64,000 nucleotides of DNA from an uncultured Candidatus Binatia bacterium. GTDB lineage: Bacteria > Desulfobacterota > Binatia > UBA9968 > JAJDTQ01. The notes beneath the pieces were generated by a model that was not told where the DNA came from, did no database searches, and saw only the letters and a program-made list of their open reading frames with translations. The number at the start of each line of letters is the position of its first letter. Positions within the stretch are counted from its first letter, which is position 1. Made by a program: the position numbers and the translations under genes. The DNA lies in contig OZ243916.1 of the NCBI GenBank assembly GCA_965213675.1, forward strand, positions 2,336,001 to 2,400,000. The letters run 5' to 3'. Below, piece by piece: positions 60,111 to 64,000 of this stretch.

Positions 60111-60206
60111 TCGCCGCTGAACCGTCGCCGTGTGCTCATTACGTATCCCTCCCTCAGTCGGTGGAATACACCTTAGCTACCTGTCCGTTTTTCCGGGACC
60201 ACCTCA
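60110..60206 (-). mobile_element. IS3-family left-end remnant (IRL plus first 10 codons of orfA)
   Basis: TGAGGTGGTCCCGGAAAAACGGACAGG...; GAGGGAGGG RBS; ATG 60139 encoding MSTRRRFSGD. Confidence 0.8.
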
Positions 60207-60333
60207 GTCAGACTCCAGGATTCAAGGAGTTTGGAAACTCGGTTTCCAGGAATAGCCGGCTGCGCCTTCCCAGTTGCATCCAATATAGCCGGAGATTGCA
60301 GTGCTCCGGCCGCACTGCGACAATGAAGCCCTC

Positions 60334-60957
60334 ATGACCATCGGCATTCTCGCGTATGGTTCGCTGATCCCCAATCCCGGAGAAGAGATCGGGCCGGTGA
60401 CGGTGCGCCGCATCGGCGGTGTGAAGACGCCGTTCCGGGTGGAGTTCTCCCGCAGCAGCCGCGTGCGCGACGGGGCGCCGACGCTGGTGCCGGTGGAGCG
60501 GGGCGGCGCCAGGGTGGCGGGGGTGATGCTGGTGTTGCACGACTCGGTCACCGAGGCCGATGCCCAGGATGTGCTATACCGGCGGGAACGAAACCGGGTT
60601 GGCACCGGCGACCGCTACGCGGACGTGGACCCGGCCGACCCGGACAGCGTCTTCCTGGGACGGCTGAACGGCTTTGCCGGGCTGGACGTGGTGCTCCACG
60701 CGGCGTTGCGGGCCAACATCGAAGAGCCGGCGCCCGAACTGCTGGCGCGTCTGGCCATCGCCAGTGCCGCGGCGCCCTCGGGCGGCGTGGGGCGGGACGG
60801 CATCCGCTATCTCACGGATGCGCAGCAGTGCGGCATCGTCACGCCGCTCATGCCGGAGTACGAAGAGGAAATCCTCCGCCAGACGGGCGGTCGCGACCTG
60901 GAGGAGGCACGGACCATCGCCTTGGGTAAGCATTCCGGGCCGTATCATCGTCCGTAG
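60334..60957 (+). CDS. ChaC/gamma-glutamylcyclotransferase-like protein
   Basis: ILAYGSL N-terminal motif, R.S......PTLV, L.RRE and G.G..YL; near-leaderless promoter TTGCAG-17-GACAAT. Confidence 0.7.
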   Translation: MTIGILAYGSLIPNPGEEIGPVTVRRIGGVKTPFRVEFSRSSRVRDGAPTLVPVERGGARVAGVMLVLHDSVTEADAQDVLYRRERNRVGTGDRYADVDPADPDSVFLGRLNGFAGLDVVLHAALRANIEEPAPELLARLAIASAAAPSGGVGRDGIRYLTDAQQCGIVTPLMPEYEEEILRQTGGRDLEEARTIALGKHSGPYHRP

Positions 60958-60971
60958 CAAGGATCCCGCAC

Positions 60972-62309
60972 TTGAAACGCGTAGCTGCCATCCTGGTTGT
61001 TCTGGCGCTTGTCGGCGCGGCGCTCTACTACCTCGGCGTCGGGTCGCAGCTCGGCATCGGGCCGTTTGCCATCGGCGCCGCCAAGGACAAGCCAGCGCAG
61101 GCGCGCGGAGGCAATCGCAGGGGCGGCCGCGCAGTCACGGTCAAGGCCGCGCGGGTGCGGACGGGGGACGTCGAGGCCAAGCTCAGCTACGTGGGCTCCC
61201 TGGCGCCCAACGCCGCGGTCACCATCGCGCCAAAGACCTCCGGCAGGGTCGCCAAACTGTTCGTCACCGTGGGCGAGCGCGTCGAAGAGGGCCAACTGCT
61301 GGGGCAACTCGCCAAGGACGAACTTGCGGAAGAGTTGCGCGAGGCGCAGGCATCGCTTCGCGTGGCCCAAGCCACTCTCAAGGGCCGCCAAGCGGAACTC
61401 GAAAACCTGAAACGGCGCCAGCAGAACGTCAAGGTCCTGGCCCGCAAGGACCTGGTATCCCGCGAGGAGTTGAACAACCTGGAAACCCAGGTTCTCTCCG
61501 CCGAGTCCCAGGTCGAGTTGACCAAGGCCCAATTGCTGCAGATGGAGGCACGGCGGGACAACGCCCGCATTCGCCTGGCACACACAGGGATCCGCTCGCC
61601 GTTCACGGGTCACGTGAGCCGGCGCATGGTGGACCGAGGCGCCCTTGTCAGTCCCAGCACCCCCTTGTTCGAGGTCGTGGACATCGACCGGATCAAGGTC
61701 GGCATGGACGTGGTGGAGGGCGACTACCGCAAGGTTTCCCTGGGCCAGCTGGTGGCCGTCAAGGTGGATGCATACCCGGACCAACGCTTCGACGGCGCCA
61801 TCACGCGCAAGTCGCCGGTCCTCGACCCGCGGACCCGCACCGCCGAGGTGGAGGTCGAGCTCGACAACCCCGACGGCGCCCTCAAACCCGGGATGTTCGC
61901 GCGCACGACCATCGTGGTGGAGCGGAAACGCGGCGTCCTGGTGGTTCCGGAAGCCGCGCCGGTGAAATCCGCCACCGGCTACGGTGTGTTCAGAATCACG
62001 GCCGGCGGCACGGTCGAGCGAATCACGGTCGAGCCGGGGCTGAAGGCCGATGATGGCATCGAGGTGACGGGAGACTTGCGGGAGGGGGACCGCGTCGTCA
62101 CTCTGGGCAGCAGCCTCCTGAGGGACGGTCAACGCGTTCGCATCGCCGGCGACGGCCCGCGCGCGGGTGGGCGGCAGGGACGGCGAGGGTCCGGCAGCCA
62201 AGGTCGCGGAACGCGCATGTCCCGTGATCGCGCGCAACAGACGTCCGGAGGGGAAGGTCGGGGGCCACGGACACCCGGCGCGGAAGGGCGCGGCCGCCGC
62301 GGCTCCTGA
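60972..62309 (+). CDS. RND efflux periplasmic adaptor (membrane fusion protein)
   Basis: N-terminal TM, SGRV...V..GERVEEGQ.L, IRSPF.G, TRT and LKPGMF motifs; TTG start. Confidence 0.92.
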   Translation: MKRVAAILVVLALVGAALYYLGVGSQLGIGPFAIGAAKDKPAQARGGNRRGGRAVTVKAARVRTGDVEAKLSYVGSLAPNAAVTIAPKTSGRVAKLFVTVGERVEEGQLLGQLAKDELAEELREAQASLRVAQATLKGRQAELENLKRRQQNVKVLARKDLVSREELNNLETQVLSAESQVELTKAQLLQMEARRDNARIRLAHTGIRSPFTGHVSRRMVDRGALVSPSTPLFEVVDIDRIKVGMDVVEGDYRKVSLGQLVAVKVDAYPDQRFDGAITRKSPVLDPRTRTAEVEVELDNPDGALKPGMFARTTIVVERKRGVLVVPEAAPVKSATGYGVFRITAGGTVERITVEPGLKADDGIEVTGDLREGDRVVTLGSSLLRDGQRVRIAGDGPRAGGRQGRRGSGSQGRGTRMSRDRAQQTSGGEGRGPRTPGAEGRGRRGS

Positions 62310-62328
62310 CGGAAGGGATGCTTGAACC

Positions 62329-64000
62329 ATGAATCTCACCGCGCTTTGTCTTCGGCGTCCGGTGGCCACCTGCATGGCCGTCATGATCGTCATCATCCTC
62401 GGGGTGGTGTCCTTTCTCAAGATCCCGGTGGACCTCATGCCGGAGATCACCTTCCCCAGGGTCACCATCTCGACCAACTATGGCAACGTGGGACCGCTGG
62501 AGATGGAGACGCTGGTAACGGTGCCCGTGGAGAAGGCGGTGAGCTCCGTGGAAGGCGTGGAGGACATGAGCTCCGTGTCCGTCGAAGGCCGCAGCCAGGT
62601 CCGGGTGAGTTTCGGCTGGGACAAGGACCTGGAGGTGGCGGTGAGCGACGTGCGCGCGCGCATCGACCGCATCCGCGACGACCTGCCGCCGGGGGCGGAA
62701 GCCCCGGTGGTCTCGAAGTATGACGTCAATGCGTCGCCGATCATGTTCATCGGCGTGTCGGGACGCATGGACCCGGTGGCGCTCCGAACCTTCGTGGAGC
62801 AGGAGATTCGCTATCGCCTGGAACGGGTCGCCGGCGTGGCCGCGGCGGACATCCGCGGCGGATTGGAACGCGAAATCCACGTCCACCTGTCACTGGACCG
62901 GCTCAAGGCGTTCCAGCTCTCGGTGGATCAAGTGGTCCGGGCGTTGCGGGCGAGCAACATCAACCTGCCCGCCGGCAACCTCGGCCGCGCGCACCTGGAA
63001 GTATCGGTACGGACACTCGGCGAGTTCACCGACCTGGATCAATTGCGCAACACGGTGGTGGCCAACCGCGCGGGCACCCCCATCTACGTCAAGGACCTCG
63101 GGCAGGTGGAGGACTCCTTCAAGGACCTGGACCACACCGTGCGCATCGACGGCGCCCACGCCGTCGTGATCTCCCTGCGGCGTCAGCCTTCTGCCAACAC
63201 CATCGCGGTGGTGGACCGCGTCAAACAGGCCATCGAGGACATCAATCGGGAACTCCCCGCGGTTCGGGTCACCGTGCTGCGCGAGAATGCGCACTATATT
63301 CGCAACGCCGTGAACAACGTGACCCTGGCCGCGCTCTGGGGCGGCATGCTGGCCCTGGCCGTGCTGCTGTTCTTCCTGCGCAGCCTGCGCAGCACGGTGG
63401 TCATCGCCACCGCCATTCCCATCTCCATCGTTGCCACCTTCGCGCTGATGTATTTCCAGGGCTTCAGCATCAATATCATCTCGTTCGGCGGACTCGCCCT
63501 GGGCATCGGGCTTTTGCTGGACAATTCCGTGGTGGTGCTGGAGAACATCTTCCGGCACCACGAGAGCGGCGCCGACCGACGTGAGGCCGTGCTCAGGGGC
63601 ACCCGCGAGGTGGCGGGCGCCATCACCGCGTCCACGCTGACGACGGTGGTGGTGTTTCTGCCGCTGATCTTCGTACCCGGCTCCGCCGGCATCCTGTTCA
63701 AGCAACTTGCGTGGGTGGTGTTCTTCTCCCTCGCCGCCTCCCTGGCCGTGGCCCTCACCGTGGTTCCGGTGCTCGCGCACCATCTCCTGGGGCGGCCGGG
63801 CCATGCCGGGACCGGACGTTTCCTGTCGCGTCTCATGCGCGCGGGCTCAAGCTCCCAAACGGGGCTGGACAGCGCCTACCAGGGACTGTTGCGCTGGAGC
63901 CTGCGCCATCGCTTTACCGTGGTGACGGCCGCCGCGCTCCTGCTCGCCAGCAGCTTCTTCCTCTCCCAGGGCATCGACAGCGAGTTCATGCCCCGCGCCG
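62329..64000 (+). CDS. RND efflux permease (AcrB/MdtB-like), runs off the window
   Basis: Translated by hand: MNLTALCLRRPVAT..., PVDLMPEI, GLLLDNSVVVLENI and ASTLTTVVVFLP; no stop before 64000. Confidence 0.92.
   Translation, partial: MNLTALCLRRPVATCMAVMIVIILGVVSFLKIPVDLMPEITFPRVTISTNYGNVGPLEMETLVTVPVEKAVSSVEGVEDMSSVSVEGRSQVRVSFGWDKDLEVAVSDVRARIDRIRDDLPPGAEAPVVSKYDVNASPIMFIGVSGRMDPVALRTFVEQEIRYRLERVAGVAAADIRGGLEREIHVHLSLDRLKAFQLSVDQVVRALRASNINLPAGNLGRAHLEVSVRTLGEFTDLDQLRNTVVANRAGTPIYVKDLGQVEDSFKDLDHTVRIDGAHAVVISLRRQPSANTIAVVDRVKQAIEDINRELPAVRVTVLRENAHYIRNAVNNVTLAALWGGMLALAVLLFFLRSLRSTVVIATAIPISIVATFALMYFQGFSINIISFGGLALGIGLLLDNSVVVLENIFRHHESGADRREAVLRGTREVAGAITASTLTTVVVFLPLIFVPGSAGILFKQLAWVVFFSLAASLAVALTVVPVLAHHLLGRPGHAGTGRFLSRLMRAGSSSQTGLDSAYQGLLRWSLRHRFTVVTAAALLLASSFFLSQGIDSEFMPRA

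Noticed and set aside
63896-63908. Further copy of the REP-like GGAGCCTGCGCC motif
   Set aside because: It lies inside the RND coding sequence (WSLRH) and is probably a chance match

Overview
High-GC bacterial chromosomal segment. The gene content (several Tct transporters, UbiD, Cys-less thiolase/DUF35, amidohydrolases, Calx-beta proteins, GAF-PtsP) suggests a Deltaproteobacteria/Binatota-like and possibly host-associated organism; this is inference only. Layout: (1) 1-4.3 kb, a decayed accessory island with IS3 remnants, an AbiEi/AbiEii type IV TA pair and an AAA+/DUF4143 ATPase. (2) 4.5-58.8 kb, core and catabolic genes: thiolase+DUF35, gloA, ppiD, mreBCD-mrdA-rodA, trxA-pepA-folE, ptsP, an orphan FliA-like sigma factor behind a perfect sigma-54 promoter, bepA, fabI, Tct systems, two Calx-beta proteins, dppBC-MFS-M24, UbiD-TctCAB-NnrS, and a molybdo-flavoenzyme/CoA-ligase/enolase cluster. 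(3) 58.9-61 kb, a second island with IS3 stubs, dinJ-yafQ, a truncated SF2 helicase and a ChaC/GGCT-like gene. (4) An RND efflux pair running off the end. No rRNA, tRNA or CRISPR array was seen. The most notable unannotated signals are: matching left and right ends of one IS3 type facing each other across about 57.6 kb; a divergent sigma-28 under a sigma-54 promoter; tandem single-domain secreted Calx-beta proteins with a variable loop; a CTAG-ended MITE family, one copy of which may supply an RBS; an oriented REP-like 3'-UTR motif; and several leaderless transcripts. All protein family calls come from motifs read by eye; no database search was run.
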